A program made the translations under genes and the position numbers. Shown one piece after another: positions 37,498 to 53,677 of a stretch of 64,000 bases of DNA (the first letter of the stretch is position 1; the number at the start of each line of letters is the position of its first letter). A model generated the notes under the pieces. The model was not told where the DNA came from, did not search any database, and saw only the letters and a program-made list of their open reading frames with translations. The stretch spans positions 5,817,625 to 5,881,624 of the forward strand of contig CM082579.2 of the NCBI GenBank assembly GCA_040954595.2, read 5' to 3'. This DNA comes from Balanoglossus misakiensis. Its lineage: Eukaryota > Animalia > Hemichordata.

Positions 37498-40400
37498 AAA
37501 GGTTGCGAGGTTTCAGAGCAACATCCACGCTCCCACTGGCGCACATGATACTTTAAACAATCACAAGAAAATATGGAAATCATGAATAGCACAGTACAGC
37601 ACGATACCATACTGTAGTTACTCTGGTAGACACTCCCACTACAGCTAAACCCTCCTGCCAAACTTTGTGTGTCTCCTGAATGTTCAGGATCTATTCCAGT
37701 CAAGGCCCAGACCAGCCCCCCCCCCCCCACACATACACACACACAGACCAACCCCATGGCCTCAACCCAAACAGCAAATGCGATGGATGGATCCACACTG
37801 GCCATTCATCGTTTTATTCTGAGTAAAGATCAAAAAAAATGCTTTGGCCAATTCAAAATGTGTGTGTGGCAGGGGTGGGAGGGGTGGTCAGTGCTTGTTA
37901 TGCATACATTGGGGGAGTGGCACCTGGGGTGCTTACCAGAAGGATGTACGTAATGTGCAAGTTTTATCATAGCGCCAGAGAGAGAGTGGAAGGTTGTTCA
38001 TCACCACAACGACCGTAATTGCCCAATGTGAGATTTTGTCTACTCAAAACATTCAATGTGTTGCGATTCACTGTTTGAAACAAGTTGGAAGAAATCTTTC
38101 TCCAAACTGATAATGTGATATTAGGAAGATATGATTAAATTGTAACGACTGAAACAGACTCTAATCTACAGCCGCGTATCCGTTGCAAAGGATGAAATGC
38201 ATTTGTACAATGTCGGTGAACGCCGGCTTCTGGAACAGCATCGTTACATTGTTAGTCAGTTGTGCCACATTACTTTGCACTTGGTTGCTTCCAACCTGTT
38301 TAAAAGCAGCAAATCCCAGCACAGTTTATGTTTTTGGTGCTGTAGTTTTTCTAGAAGGATAAAATCATGGAATGTTTCATCATTTGAATTTCAGTGGTAG
38401 TCAGATGGTGTCTTAGGCTTATGTAGTTCCTACAGACAAAAAAGAAATGACCCACATCGGCTTCTACTTGAGAGCATGCTGTAATGAGGCTGAACAGGAC
38501 CATGTTATTTACTACTTCTAGCTTTGTCAATGCCAGTGAATATCTCAAAAATAGGCTAAGACGTCTTAATACATAAATGCAACTTTACCATATCACTGAT
38601 CATACATGAAGTTGACAATCAGTTGTGAAGAGGACAATTGGAAACTTGAAAAGTTCATGGGCATATGTAAATGAGAAGCCTATATGAAGACAAGTGTTGA
38701 AATTATTGCATGGATTAATTGCACTATATCTAATTCCTTACATGTCTATCTATTATATTCACTGAGAACATACAATAGTGGAGTGATTTTACTACACTTA
38801 TCTTTTGATGTTCGCTGGCATTGACATTGCTGTAATATTACTGTTGGTATACACCAACTTTATTAATCAGACTTGCCATTTTAAAAAGTGTACTCATTTA
38901 AGATGTCTTAATTGTTCTCTCAGAGTTCATTATAATTTTTTTAAACGTTATAGTTAGAAGGAACAGGTAATCATGTAAAATTGTCTATTAAGATAGTATG
39001 TACCTTCGGGACAGATTTTCTGAAAAATGACAGTCTTCAAACTTTTCAACTCTTGGCAAGCTTGTAAACTGTTTGTCCAGAAGATTTTTAAAACCAATTT
39101 ACCATACACCAATCGATAAATTCAACATTTTATTCAAATTTCAAAACCACTTTAGCAGTTTGCTTTGGAGCCCTGATTTCTTAATATTTTACTTGAACAG
39201 TATAATTAATTATAAGTTTGTCTCTTGTAATGAGAATTAAAAACAGCATGTCTCAATTTTTGTGTGTGATTGTAAATTTTCAAGGAAAGAATTTAGTTTG
39301 TAATGGACAAGGTCATTATCACTTGACATACAAGCAAGTGCTCGTATGTGTCACTTTGACAACTGGTGCTTTCAAAATTATCGGAATTAAAGGAAAAAAT
39401 AGGGAGATCAGTTGTTTTTCATTTCATTACTAATTTCTTTTGATCAGAATAGCTCAATCTGTGTTTGCAAGTAAAACTTTCAATGAAGTTAGTGTCTTTA
39501 GGACTTTTTATCAGTAATTAGTGATATTGTACTTAGTAATTCAGATATTGGTCAATTATATCAATATTTACAGACATTACAGAATCTTCAGCTGCGTTTA
39601 CAGGGTTTGTAAAATTGTCCTCTGCAGCATGTGTACTTTTTGAACTGGTTTTAATACTCTTACATTATATCAGTGATATGTGTATCAAGTGATATATGTG
39701 CATGTATTAGACTTGAGCCGAGAGAAATGTTTGCGTGTCACGTGCACTGTACATGCTCAGGGCATTATATGCAAATTATAACTCCCACAATAAGATGCAA
39801 TATAAAGCATGTGTGGGACACCACATGCACAGTGTAAAGGTTGGCATATCCATATGACATGTTACAAACACGTACAGTTTATAGGATATTTAGAAATCGC
39901 AACTGGTGTCATTTCTTGTTAGGCAACAAAACCCAAACCCAGAAAATGAATATTGATAAACAAAGTTCTCCTTATGTATTCATTTTGTCAAAATGTACCA
40001 TGATAGTTGCCTTAACACAACACAAGCACCCTAAAAACTAGTGTTTTTTCTTGAATACTATATCATGATCGGGAAATACATTGTACATGTACGTGATGTA
40101 TATGATGTGTTGTGTAGTCACATATCAGTAGAATTTAGGTAGTTTGCAGAAATTTTAACCACACAAGTGAGGAATTTAAATATACGATTGTCTCAGGATA
40201 ATGAACGTAGAAATATATTTATAGTTCCAAGCCCAGTATTGAACATTTTCACTCATTCAGAAAGTGCAATCCGCGCAATGGTGCAACTGTTTCTTCTTTG
40301 GAACATTCCATTCTGTGCAACATCGGACATCCATGTCGGGCATGTCAACAGGATTTCATGCATTCATTTACTATCGGCAGCCATGCCAATTTCTGTAAGG

Positions 40401-42582
40401 GGTAGGGTCTGTGGTCATTTTCCTGATTTTTGCACGTAAATCTGAGAATTTTGAAAAGGAAACATAGATAGAGAACAGGGTGTTCCCATCCTATTTGTCC
40501 GGTTAAAAGGGTATGAACTCACACTCTCAAGGAAAATGACAATATTCAAATGGAGTGCTCTTGAAATTCTCAATATGAAGGTCATGGCATGTTAGAAACT
40601 GTTCACTACCTGGGGGTAGTCCCCTTCCATTGAGACAGTAACTCGTGTTTGCTGTTTTATAATAATGGCATAGTGCATCAACTAGTTTCTACAGCATGTT
40701 AACATAGCATTTGTTGTTGCTTGATGAATTCATGTCCTGAGTTGAAGTCAGTTTTCAAAAATAAAGCTGAATTTTTTTATTTGTTCATGAGCATTTCATA
40801 GATTTCTTTGAACTCCTACACAGAAAACAAAGGTATTAATTACAGGGTTTATATCATTCTAGTACACCTGTACAATTTTTTTTTACTATTATATTATTAT
40901 ATATAATGTTCATTCATATACATTTCACGTGCACATGCTTTTGTATTACAGTACTTTATACTTTAACTTGCCATTTATATCTTAGTCATGTAACTTTCAT
41001 GATATGTGCATGTTTTAAAATAAAAATTATAGTTGTGATGACAATCTCTTCTTGTTCGACTTCTTTCCTCCAGTAATTTTTATGCCTTTATATGATCGAT
41101 CTACTTTCAAGTCAACATGAAGTAGCGTCCCAGTGAATCAATTTATGGTCAAATGTGTCTTCTGAATGACCATTTTGTTTCATTTTTTGTGCCCAAAGAA
41201 TTACACGGACATGAAATGATTTCATTCTATGTATAATTTTCTGCTGATCGCACATCAAGTTAGCTTAACTGATGATCTAAGTCTTCATCCAGGCAGGTGA
41301 CTGATCCAACATGCATGATTGACATAGGGAATCCCGTCTTTTACAAAATAAAACAGGAAAAAAAACGATTGTCGCATAACACCGATTCAAATATAGGCCT
41401 ATTATTCATGCCCCGTCCAATGATGAAAAATCGTTTTTTTTTTCGACGAATGTTAAACTTTCGTAGAAATTAAACTTATGATCACCATTTGAAGGTTAAA
41501 CAAAAATAATCGACGTGAAATTTACGTGACCTGACCACCGTCGGGCAATAGCAGGTCTGAAACTCAGTTCACCCGCCCCGAGGATTTTGCAATAGGCCTA
41601 TATTTTGTTTGATATCATCCAATGTGCATGCTAATACCGTAATTAATTGACATGCATCGTTTGACCGATATTCGATGCAAGTCACTATCTAAAAAAATTG
41701 TGCTCAACTATATTAGTGGATTTAACCAGAGATATGTTTGATTAGGGAGATAATTTTTTCCCTGTTGGCTGAAGTTGCCCGACTTTGTAGTCTGCGACAA
41801 TTGGCTATTGCACCCTAGAATTTCTGTTTAGCGACATCTCACTATTTATACGGCTATGCCTTTATACGGGTTCGTATATTGGCCATTCACAGGAAAAAAT
41901 ATGATAAAATTAAGTACAGTAACGGCTTTTAAAACTCGTGATTACGAGATAAACTCGTTATTATGACTTTTGATACATGATGATTACGAGTTTTTGATTC
42001 TTGTAATTACATGTACGACTTATTTTTAAAATCACGTTTTTGGAGATTTTACAAGATGATTGGAGACATCTTCGTGTTTTTTCTACTAAGATCTTCATTT
42101 CCCTCAACTGATCCGCTATTATAATTATAAGAACGTAAGGTTATGGCAAAAACAGATAGACAATGGGCTTTCCAGTTCGCAGTTGAGTTAAGGTGCTACC
42201 GACCTCTTTAAGTGTGTATGTCACCAGAAAGTCGACATTATTTGTCCGACAATGTGGTGAAAATAAAAGAAAGAAAGTCAATTTTATGCTAACAGTTGTC
42301 GAAAAATATCGAGTTTTATACAAATGTGGTTAGTCCTACTAAATTATAAGAAATGGTGTGATTGGCCTACATGCTTACTCAATGCCATGACGCACTGGCC
42401 ATGCAAACCTGTACGTACGTTGGCGCTTTCCCCCACCACGAAACGTCATCACTATAGTACTACTGTACACATACTGAGTCTTCTTGGCATAGACAAGCAA
42501 AATTAGGTTATATCCTCGACATTCAGGTCACGTGGATGATGCAGAGTACAGCAAAGTGGTGAACTAGAAGGCCTAGGTGACA

Positions 42583-45500
42583 ATGACGTTCCCGACTGCA
42601 GCGCTTTTGACATACGTTTCCCTACTTCTCTTCCGAATTCATTCGGTTGATGCACACGCCGAATGTAAGTTAATATCTAGGCCTTCTAGTGTTGCATGTC
42701 GTATATTATTGGGACAGTTGAATGTACAGCCCTGCTCTATCGTTGCACATATAATTTTAATATCGAGTGTTTTTTTTTTCTTGCCTGATGTCCGTTTGTT
42801 TGATCAAGTTGATCGTTTGCTTGTAATTGGCATCAAGGAGATTAAAATTGCATCCTCCGTTGCGACATAGGCCTAAGTAATTTGCGGGAATTTAACGACT
42901 CGTCGAAAAACCTTGAACCGGGCTCGAATTATAATGTTGCCCTTTACAGTGCAGTATGCAAGGTCGTCGTGTCCTAGTATGGCACAGACATTTTTGAATG
43001 TGTATGCGCAACCGCACCGCCACGTTCTTTGTGCATCTCAACAATTGAACTGGAGAACGGTTTTCTGAAATTCTGGTACATTACACGATAGATCACATAG
43101 GCCTAGTATATTCCTTGCCCGAATCAACCAGTCAACATGTATATTACAATGAATATGGAAAAGGCGGGTGATCATAAATTTGTGGGAATTAGAAAATAAT
43201 GCACATAATTATTTAATCACAGGCAAATTTAGCTGTGGATTACAATGTTTGTATGCCAGAACAGGCTTGGGAAATCGGGCATTTGTTGAGCCTTTCCCAA
43301 TGTAATCAATCAGTCCACATTTAAAATGAACCGCTGTTTTTAAATGTTAAATTATAATTATATTTCTAGTACAATGTGCTGTCTGGAATGCACATAATGT
43401 GGTTTCTGCAGCGTGTTAATTTATAATTATGAAAATTGTTGATAATTTTAGTACTACAAGTCTACACGTCACTTGGAGTGATTTACAGAAGAAAAAAACA
43501 AGTGCAAAAGGGATGTTGAGCAATTGACATTATTTACAGTACATGTGTAAGTTTGCTTTCAATTTCCTTGCTGTATGCAATGTAGAATTTTTAATTTAAT
43601 TTCTATCCTGAAATGTTCATACATTTATGTCTTCGATTATTCTGTGTTTAAATTTCAGTTGACATGATAGACGGCACTGGACCATCCATTTGCTATCGAT
43701 ATATTGAATACGAGGACAGTGGTACTATTTCCGCTTATTATGTAGATAACCAAGTAATTGATGGATGGGAGTGTGAAATACAGCTGGGCACAGCCAGTGA
43801 CTACAGCAAGCACTTTTACCTGCGCTTCGAAAACTTCTACATGCCGGCATACAACTGGGACTGTTCAGACCACAAGTTGGAGATCTATGATGATGGAGTT
43901 CGTACTCGACTGTGTCAACTGAATGGGGACACGACAATACCAGGTCCTTTCTACACATCCAGTAGACGGATCGCTGTGTATTTGTACAGGGCCAGTCACA
44001 CCACAAAGACAAAGTTCAGGCTTCAATTTACAGCGTACAGTGGTGATACAGGTAATGGGGGACACATGATATTAAGAATTCATCGTTGGTGACCTGATGT
44101 TTGCGTATTACTGAATACTGGTCTTTTAGAGTGTCGGTATAGCCCATGCCCATATTGCTTTCTTCTTGTGACGTTTTACAACACTACACGTGACTCCTTC
44201 TTCTCTCGGGACATTATCTATTCCATTTTGTCCGCTGAGATATTGCTACGGTGCGTGCAATATCTGGATATTGCACTGCACCAGTGCACTGAGTATCCGG
44301 TTGAGACACTGCACAAAATATGCCTTCTCCGGGAAGAACTGCTTCCTGGTGAACATACTTGGTACGGCCATCTTTCCATGTGATCTTTGCGACGGGCCCG
44401 ACCGACCGTTGGTTGGGGTTTCATTTCTACCTCGCACGCGGTTTCGCCTGAAAGTTTTATTTTTCGACGAACCAGAAGTACCTTGCTGACGTACAATCGA
44501 AAATTCCTAATCAATAGAACAGCTTTAAACTTAAATATTTCGAGAAAAAATCACAGAAAACTTTTACTTACAAAATACAGGATGTGCGCAGTGGAGGCTG
44601 CAGGCCAGGAGAAAAGACACTCTCGATTTTCGTCACGTGAAACTTTCCATGGACGACGGTTTATGTACAATATCGTAAATGAGGCTGCCAAAATCTTGGA
44701 AAATCCAGTCCATATCGTCACATTCATGACCTTCACTTTCACTTGGTTGTCGGAAATTGATCAGGGCAATAAATAGGTCGTTGTTGTCACGACTTTCAGC
44801 CATGCTGTTCGTACGTCAAAGTTGGAGTATCGAATGATGGAATTGGCACCTCACTGACCATCTGTCAAATAAACTGGCTGACTACTATCCAATCGAAAAG
44901 TATAATTCACCAGGTGCATTTTGTGAAGCTTGTGATTGGTTGATGCGACTGAGACGTTGTTTAGCATACCAAGATCACAGATGTTGTCTGTCTTAATTCT
45001 ATAGTGTTGTCAGCCGGATAATGTGCTCGTGTCGTGCAGTCGTTCAGATATCGAACTCCACTTGCGCCTACGGCCCTCGTGTCGTTCAATATCTGAAGAT
45101 AGCACTCCGCACGTACATTATCCTATAAATGGTGATGTTTTGCACTAAACGTTGATCATGATACAAGTTGATCTCGAATAAAATGTCTCACGAATATTGG
45201 GAATAAATGGGAGCATCAGTGTTCATTGACGCTATTTTACCATTTCGTTGCGCACAGGTGATGACTGCTTTGATTGCCAGCACGACAACCGTACTATGTG
45301 TATCAACCCGGATTTGAAGTGCGACGGTTACAAAGATTGCCCGAATAGTCTGGATGAATCAAGACAGGAAGGCAGTGAAACCGAATGTGGTGGTACTGTA
45401 TGCTTTGGTTTTGATTACAACATGAAAACTCTTTCAAAAACTCACAAAGTTCAGACAGATTTGGTTGACTCTGTTTCTCTGTCCCGAACTGGCTGAACCC

Positions 45501-45869
45501 TATAAACGTATCCCTTTTCATTTTCACTCGGTTCTCACTACTCAAAAATCGCCATGTCTTCGCCAAATCTCTGAATCGGAGTCAAATTGAATATGGCCAA
45601 AATATAAGACGCACCAGGCACAGATTTGTATTTGAGCTGATGATAGAATTTGTCAAGTATTGGGTAATACTGTAAATGAAACAATTCTATTCACAGATAT
45701 TTTCGACAGTGCTCCAGCCGAAGATATGGATATGTTCAAGCTGGTCATCATCATCGGAAGTATTGTCGGTGTCCTCCTCCTCGTCATCATCATCATTAGT
45801 GTGATTGTGTGCTGCTGCTGTTTCTATCGTGCTTCCCGCCCATCAACAATGGCAGCCCGGGCTGTTTGA
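42583..45869 (+). CDS. CUB-LDLa-TM receptor, paralog F, with very short cytoplasmic tail
   Basis: Exons 42583-42664 (signal), 43659-44051 (CUB), 45258-45392 (LDLa, CFDC..CINPDLKCDGYKDCPNSLDES) and 45697-45869 (TM, CCCCFY, stop after 13 more residues). GT-AG, phase 1 introns. Confidence 0.88.
45016..45123. repeat. Imperfect palindrome/hairpin, probably part of a non-autonomous DNA element, in intron 2 of paralog F
   Basis: Arms GGATAATGT...TTCAGATATCGAAC and GTTCAATATCTGAA...ACATTATCC are imperfect reverse complements around a roughly 27-nt spacer. Confidence 0.6.
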
Positions 45870-46515
45870 CTTCCGGACACAGCCGATGATCAACACCCCA
45901 ATAGCCAGCCATGCAGAGTATCCGATTATATTTGAATTCCCGTAGAAATAAATGTGCTTTCATGTACCGCTTATATAATAGCAACTTTCATTTCATCGTG
46001 GAATAGTTGAAAAAGTAGGGAGACTAGTTTTACGTATTCTGTTGTCTATATGAATGTGATTATTAAGAGTTTTAGCTTTTCAAAACAAAAATTGTCCAAG
46101 TGTAATTGTAGCACTTTTGTAACGGTATCCCAGTAATTAGACATTTAGTTTAGCTGCTTCGTTATTACATTTTTATATAATTAAACATTTTGATTTTTTA
46201 AATTATTTGTCATTAAAGAGAACCTCAGGAACTTTCGTTCTCAGGGGTCTACAAACAGACAACCTTCCATCGTCAACGTGTACAGTTTGGAGGGAAAGGA
46301 TAACTTCAAGTTCTTTTCCTTTTCAAGGCTATCATGAGCTTTTTTATTAAATAAACACCACTAGGTTATTTACATTTGTGTTGACGTATTTGGAAAACAC
46401 TCCAGTACGCGTGTAGTAACATTGAATGCCATTATGCTAACAGTACATAGACACTACGATTTTTCACTGTTGCATTCTGTGAACCATTCAGATGAAGGAC
46501 ATCACTTCCTAGGAT

Positions 46516-46610
46516 TTAACCCTTTCACCACCATGGATCAGTCCAAATCCATTGTTTTCTATGGCAAAGTTGGACCTCTGGAGAGTAAACTAGGGGGGTG
46601 AAGGGGATAA
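46516..46610. mobile_element. About 90-bp MITE-like dispersed repeat with TTAA-type flanks; related copies at about 590-666 and 49210-49300
   Basis: TTAA-CCCTTTCACC ... GGTGAAGGGG-ATAA termini. The internal CACCACCATGG(T/A)TCAGTCCAA...GTTGGACCTCT sequence is shared by all three copies in the window. Confidence 0.65.
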
Positions 46611-46888
46611 GGTATTTCTGATCAGCTAATGACAGCAGTGGCGGAGACAACAAGCATAGGAGACTCAGATTGTAAAATTACAAACTACAGGAACACAAAA
46701 CAAACACCTGAAACCAGACACTACCACAAAATTTCCGTACACTGTTATGACATCAAGGTTTATATTGTTCTCGTTGAACTCTGGCACTCAAGGCAAGCTT
46801 TCTTTTCTTCTCAAGTCATTTTCCGTGTTACCTTCTTCTGAATGGAGTTTTTCGATTTTCACAGTTTGCAGTTGTTGGGTTCATTTAG

Positions 46889-49800
46889 TCATGCGTCACT
46901 CAGGGCAGCTACTCCTGGTAAATTTTTACCTGCGGGGGATCAGAAAGCAACTCAATTTACTCATTTCAGAGTGTAGTGTAGTTTAAGCAGAGTGTATTGT
47001 ATTGTATTGTATTGTATTGTATTGTATTGTATTGTATTGTATTGTATTGTATTGTATTGTAGTCAAGTGTAGTGTATTTAGTGTGGTTTAGTGTAGTGTA
47101 TTAAGTGTACAAAGCAGAAGTAAGTATCAAATTCTGGAATAGGCATGTCACGATTTTTGAAATTAAATGGAACATATCAAACTACTGGTACCCAAGTATT
47201 CTTTTCCACCAAAGAGCAAGTTTAACACACTAAAACTTTCGGAACAACACCAACAAGAGATGCCTACCTTCAAGCAGTTCCAGGCTAGCTCCACCTCCCG
47301 TACTAACATGGCTGACTTTATCCTCCGTCTTCCACTTGGCAGCGCATGTTGCCGTATCACCACCACCTACAAAGACATCATGTGATACCTCAACCACCAA
47401 TAAGCAACAACTTCCCATGAGGCAAATTTAAATATGGAAAATTACAGAATTTTTTATCACACTCACATTCATCATATTTCACATAAATTAATGTAGTGAT
47501 TTTTATGGGATGACAATTTTTTTGAAAATCTGGCCCTGAGGCACGTACTGGTACTACCTATAAGTCCTTAAGATAGAAAGTCTTACCTATGATGGTTGTT
47601 GCTCCTTTTTCAGTGACGGCAACTACGGCATCCATCATGGATTTACTACCAGTAGCAAAACTCTTGAACTCAAATACACCTGGTGGACTGAAATATACAA
47701 AGTCAATGCTTGCTTTCAGATGCTTCGTTCGAAATAACCGTGTGAATGAAATGCTGTTTCCTAAAAGTATATGGCCTGTCAACACTGGCTAGTACATACA
47801 CACAGTGTGCTTTGACCTATTGAATCTCAATCTAAACATAAAGCTATCATTGTCCCTGACAGTGATGCAGTCTACAATGTACACATAGAATAACAGACAA
47901 CAAGCCATGCTCGACTTACCCATTCCACACAATGGTCTTGGCTCTGCCGATTGCCTCTGCAAACATCTGTGAACTTTTTGGGCCAACATCCAGACCCTGT
48001 CACAAAACAAGCAGAGTGTTCAGTCAGCTGTGATAGAAGATGGACATTTTAACTGTAGCTGAAGAGTCCAGAGTGGCCCCATCCAGGTTTTTCGAAAGGC
48101 TAACACTGAAAACACCAAGAAAAGGTAAGCGATTCCCCATGGAATATCTTTGAGAACAACTTACCAAGGATCCTGCAGGAATTCCGGATTCCACTGTTGC
48201 CTCTCCAACCTTGGCATCTTCAGCAAACTTATCACCAGTCACAAAGTCGACAGGCAGGTGAACTTTGACCCCGTTCTTTTCTGCTTTCTCCATCAAATTC
48301 TTGACGATTTTGGCTCCATCTTCATCGTACAGTGAGCTGCCAATCTAGAGGAGAGTATTCATTAGACGTTAGGGGAGGGGGGGGGGGGAAATCACAGCCA
48401 TGACTCAAAATAACACATACACAACTTCACCTTTGACCTTGTCTTACCTCCATTCCATTGAGTACTTTCAGGAAAGTGAATGCCATGCCTCCACCAACGA
48501 CCATCTCGTTCACTTTATCCAACATATTTTCAATCAACTGGATCTTATCCTTCACTTTGGCTCTAAGAATATCAGAAATTAAAAATCATAATTGTGTATC
48601 TCACTTTGAAATGTCTATCTCTAATTTTCACTTTGAAAATACCAAATTCATTTTGTGGTTACTAACTATGACCGTGGGACTAGTGATATGATTCGGTATT
48701 CTTAAGAGATTTGCCAAAACTTACCCTCCAAGTATGGCAAGGAATGGTCTTTCCGGACTCTGAAGGGCCTTGGCGAAATAGGTCAACTCTTTCTTGAGGA
48801 GGAACCCGGACGCCCTCTGTGGTTTGCACACTCCAACCATAGAGCTGAAAGTACAACATTTACAGCATTAGTGACAGAGGCATGAAGTTTCACTTTGGCA
48901 TCATGTCTTTTCCATCATCTGTTTATGAAAAGATGCAATGAAACTTTCCTCGCAATGCTTCTCAAATTTCTGCTTTTGGCCATTGGCTATGTTCAGGGAA
49001 CAACTTTCTCATTTGAATCACTGTTAACATACACCGTCTAATCAGTAACAGCGCAGAGAACTTTTACTGGTCATACCTGTGAGCTCGATGGGCTGTACCG
49101 AAGGCATCATTGACGTAGACGTCGCCAAGCTTGGACAGTGAATCCCGGAACGCAGCCAACCCTTCAGCACTGGCTTTGACCTGTGAAATTCACACAGAGA
49201 ATCATACCTTCAACCCTTTCACCACCATGGTTCAGTCCAAGCCCATTGTTTGCTATGATAAGGTTGGACCTCTCAAGAGAGAACTGGGGGTGTGTGGGTA
49301 GTTATCAGAAATGCACACTACTATATGTGGACCTTTTCTTGTCACATGACTCAGCCTGGCCAATGACGGCACAGCAGGTGCACATGGTCTATTCTCAGCA
49401 AATGTTCATGCACATTTCAGTGAGTGACGCACATGAATGACCATCACATTCTGTAGAAACATAAACGAATGGCAACTCACCTTTTGTCCGGACTCGTCCA
49501 CTCCCTTTCCCTCTTCTTCCATATGGAAGCGGAGGTTTTCCAGCAGGATAACTGACCCTGGAGCAGGATCGGCGCAGGCTGCCTCAACCTCGGCACCAAC
49601 GCAGTCTGACAAGAATGTGACGTCTCTGGAAAAGTGAGACAAAAATGTTTCTTTCACAATTGACTAGATAGATACAGAGGGTGCAAATCACCGGTGAACT
49701 TTTGAATGAAACATGTCATTTTCCAGGATTAAAATTCACATGTCAAAGTGCTCCCCATAACAACTTGGTTTATTTTAATGAATACTGATTGGTATTCACA

Positions 49801-50655
49801 CAGCCTGGTTAAGGGGGCCCTTATTGCTTACTTGTTGAGGAGTTTCTTCAGTTCCACTGCGACGGGGGCAAGTGAGAATTTTTCCTGCTTCCTGCCATCA
49901 GGTCGACCAAGGTGACTCATGAGCACCACCGACTTGGCTCCGTTGTCCAAACAATACTTGATGGTCGGCAGAGCTGCGACAATTCTGCTCAGTTGTACAT
50001 GAAGGAAAAGAGGAGGTAAAATCACTTCTTGAACCCTGTGTCTGCATGCAGACCTGGATTTATTTTTATCAAAGTTACAAGTTACAAAAAAAATTCAACT
50101 GATCACTAAATAGTCTGAAGATCTAGAGAGAGTTGCCAAGAAATCATTGTGATATATTTTAATGGATAACTTTCTGTACCTCTGATCACTTGCGACCTTC
50201 CCATCTTTGATTGGTACGTTGAAATCAACCCTGCCAAGAAAACAAAGAGTGGTCACAAAATATCACTTCATTCCGAATTTCTTCGGGAAAACATGAGAGA
50301 CTTGTTTACCACTCAGTTACGTCACGATTTGAGAGGCTGCGGATGCATCCTTCGATTTCAAGGTTATGTCCACACGAGGCACTTTTTACCAATTTTAAAG
50401 GTCGCAAATATAACACCAAAGTTGCTAGATGCAATGCTCCATCACAATGAATGGTGTGCCGTATAATAATTTACTGTTATAGCGTATTAAGATATGTCAT
50501 GGATGACGGACCAGACGATTTTATACTTCGGACGGGTCTTTCCTGGATCAATGGATACGAATCAGTGCTAAGCAGAAAGCGTGAAAAAATCACCTCATGA
50601 TAATACGCTTGTCTTTGCAGTCGACCGCATCGATACTCAGCTTATTCAGAGCCAT
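46889..50655 (-). CDS. PGK: Phosphoglycerate kinase (complete, 12 coding exons)
   Basis: Exons 50655-50594, 50230-50180, 49984-49832, 49625-49481, 49180-49077, 48844-48725, 48562-48448, 48344-48165, 47996-47920, 47687-47587, 47366-47268 and 46929-46889. Hallmark motifs: [87 protein letters not shown]. Confidence 0.98.
46993..47061. repeat. (ATTGT)n pentanucleotide microsatellite in the last PGK intron
   Basis: Visible pure run followed by degenerate AGTGT units. Confidence 0.93.
49210..49300. repeat. Copy of the 90-bp MITE-like repeat in a PGK intron
   Basis: TCAACCCTTTCACCACCATGGTTCAGTCCAA...AGGTTGGACCTCT...GGGGGTG. Confidence 0.6.
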
Positions 50656-50924
50656 GGTGTTTTTGGTAGATTCGATTTTCCAGGCACAGGGACGGTGTGA
50701 AAGAGTTTTTGATCAGTCAGTGGTGCGCTGGACGTGCCGTCGACTGCAATGGTTATGGTGAAGGTCACACAAGGGTTCATCTGCGCAGACGACATGCGCT
50801 AGACTGGCACATGTGGCAAAGGTTAAAGGTCAAACCCGTTTGCCGGTTATGAAACATTGCATTTTGGAATTGATCGCAGTACCTGAAACCATAGAAACGT
50901 TTTTACGTTGGATACATAAAGACC
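50656..50924. promoter_or_regulatory. Probable bidirectional promoter and 5' UTR region shared by PGK and the HDAC-like gene
   Basis: Only 269 bp separate the two divergent ATGs. It contains AGGTTA-A-AGGTCA (DR1-type nuclear receptor element, 50820-50832), TGAAGGTCA and GACGTG (HRE-like core, 50731). Confidence 0.6.
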
Positions 50925-53198
<2,274 letters not shown>

Positions 53199-53677
53199 CA
53201 CCACTCACAGAAGAACTCTAATATTGTACATGTATTTAAATTTAGACAACTGAACTATACTGCTGTTTGTCAAGATAATATCAGTATAAAACAACCTGTG
53301 TAATATATCATTTGTCTTCACTGCACCGCCCACATCAAGACCTGACAAAACTATGCACCCATTGTCAATACTGAACATTTACATAATGCAATTTTAAACA
53401 GTAACACAAACAAAAAATGTAAAGTAATTTATATTGAAATAAAAAGTGTTAACACATATGATGGTTGATTCTGTGTTGTGTAACATGACGAAAAAACGTC
53501 TGTTTCCCCTGAGCTGTGCTATATCTAGTTTTTTATATGATGCATGAAATACCAGTAAAGATTGACTCCCTGAAAAATGTGTCGTTAAAATGACATGTTT
53601 GGGTTTGTACGATCGCTCGAAATGTTCACCTGATCATCTCCAAGCTTGGAGAATTAAGGTTCCCGTGCTCGGTATTA

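Noticed and set aside
37500-42500. Possible additional or degenerate receptor paralog in the 5-kb gap between E and F
   Set aside because: No CUB, LDLa or TM-like exon found. The region is AT-rich and is compatible with a long 3' UTR plus intergenic DNA.
44168-44776. Cluster of short ORFs in intron 2 of paralog F as a possible transposase remnant
   Set aside because: No recognisable transposase, RT or recombinase motifs, so it cannot be supported without a database search.
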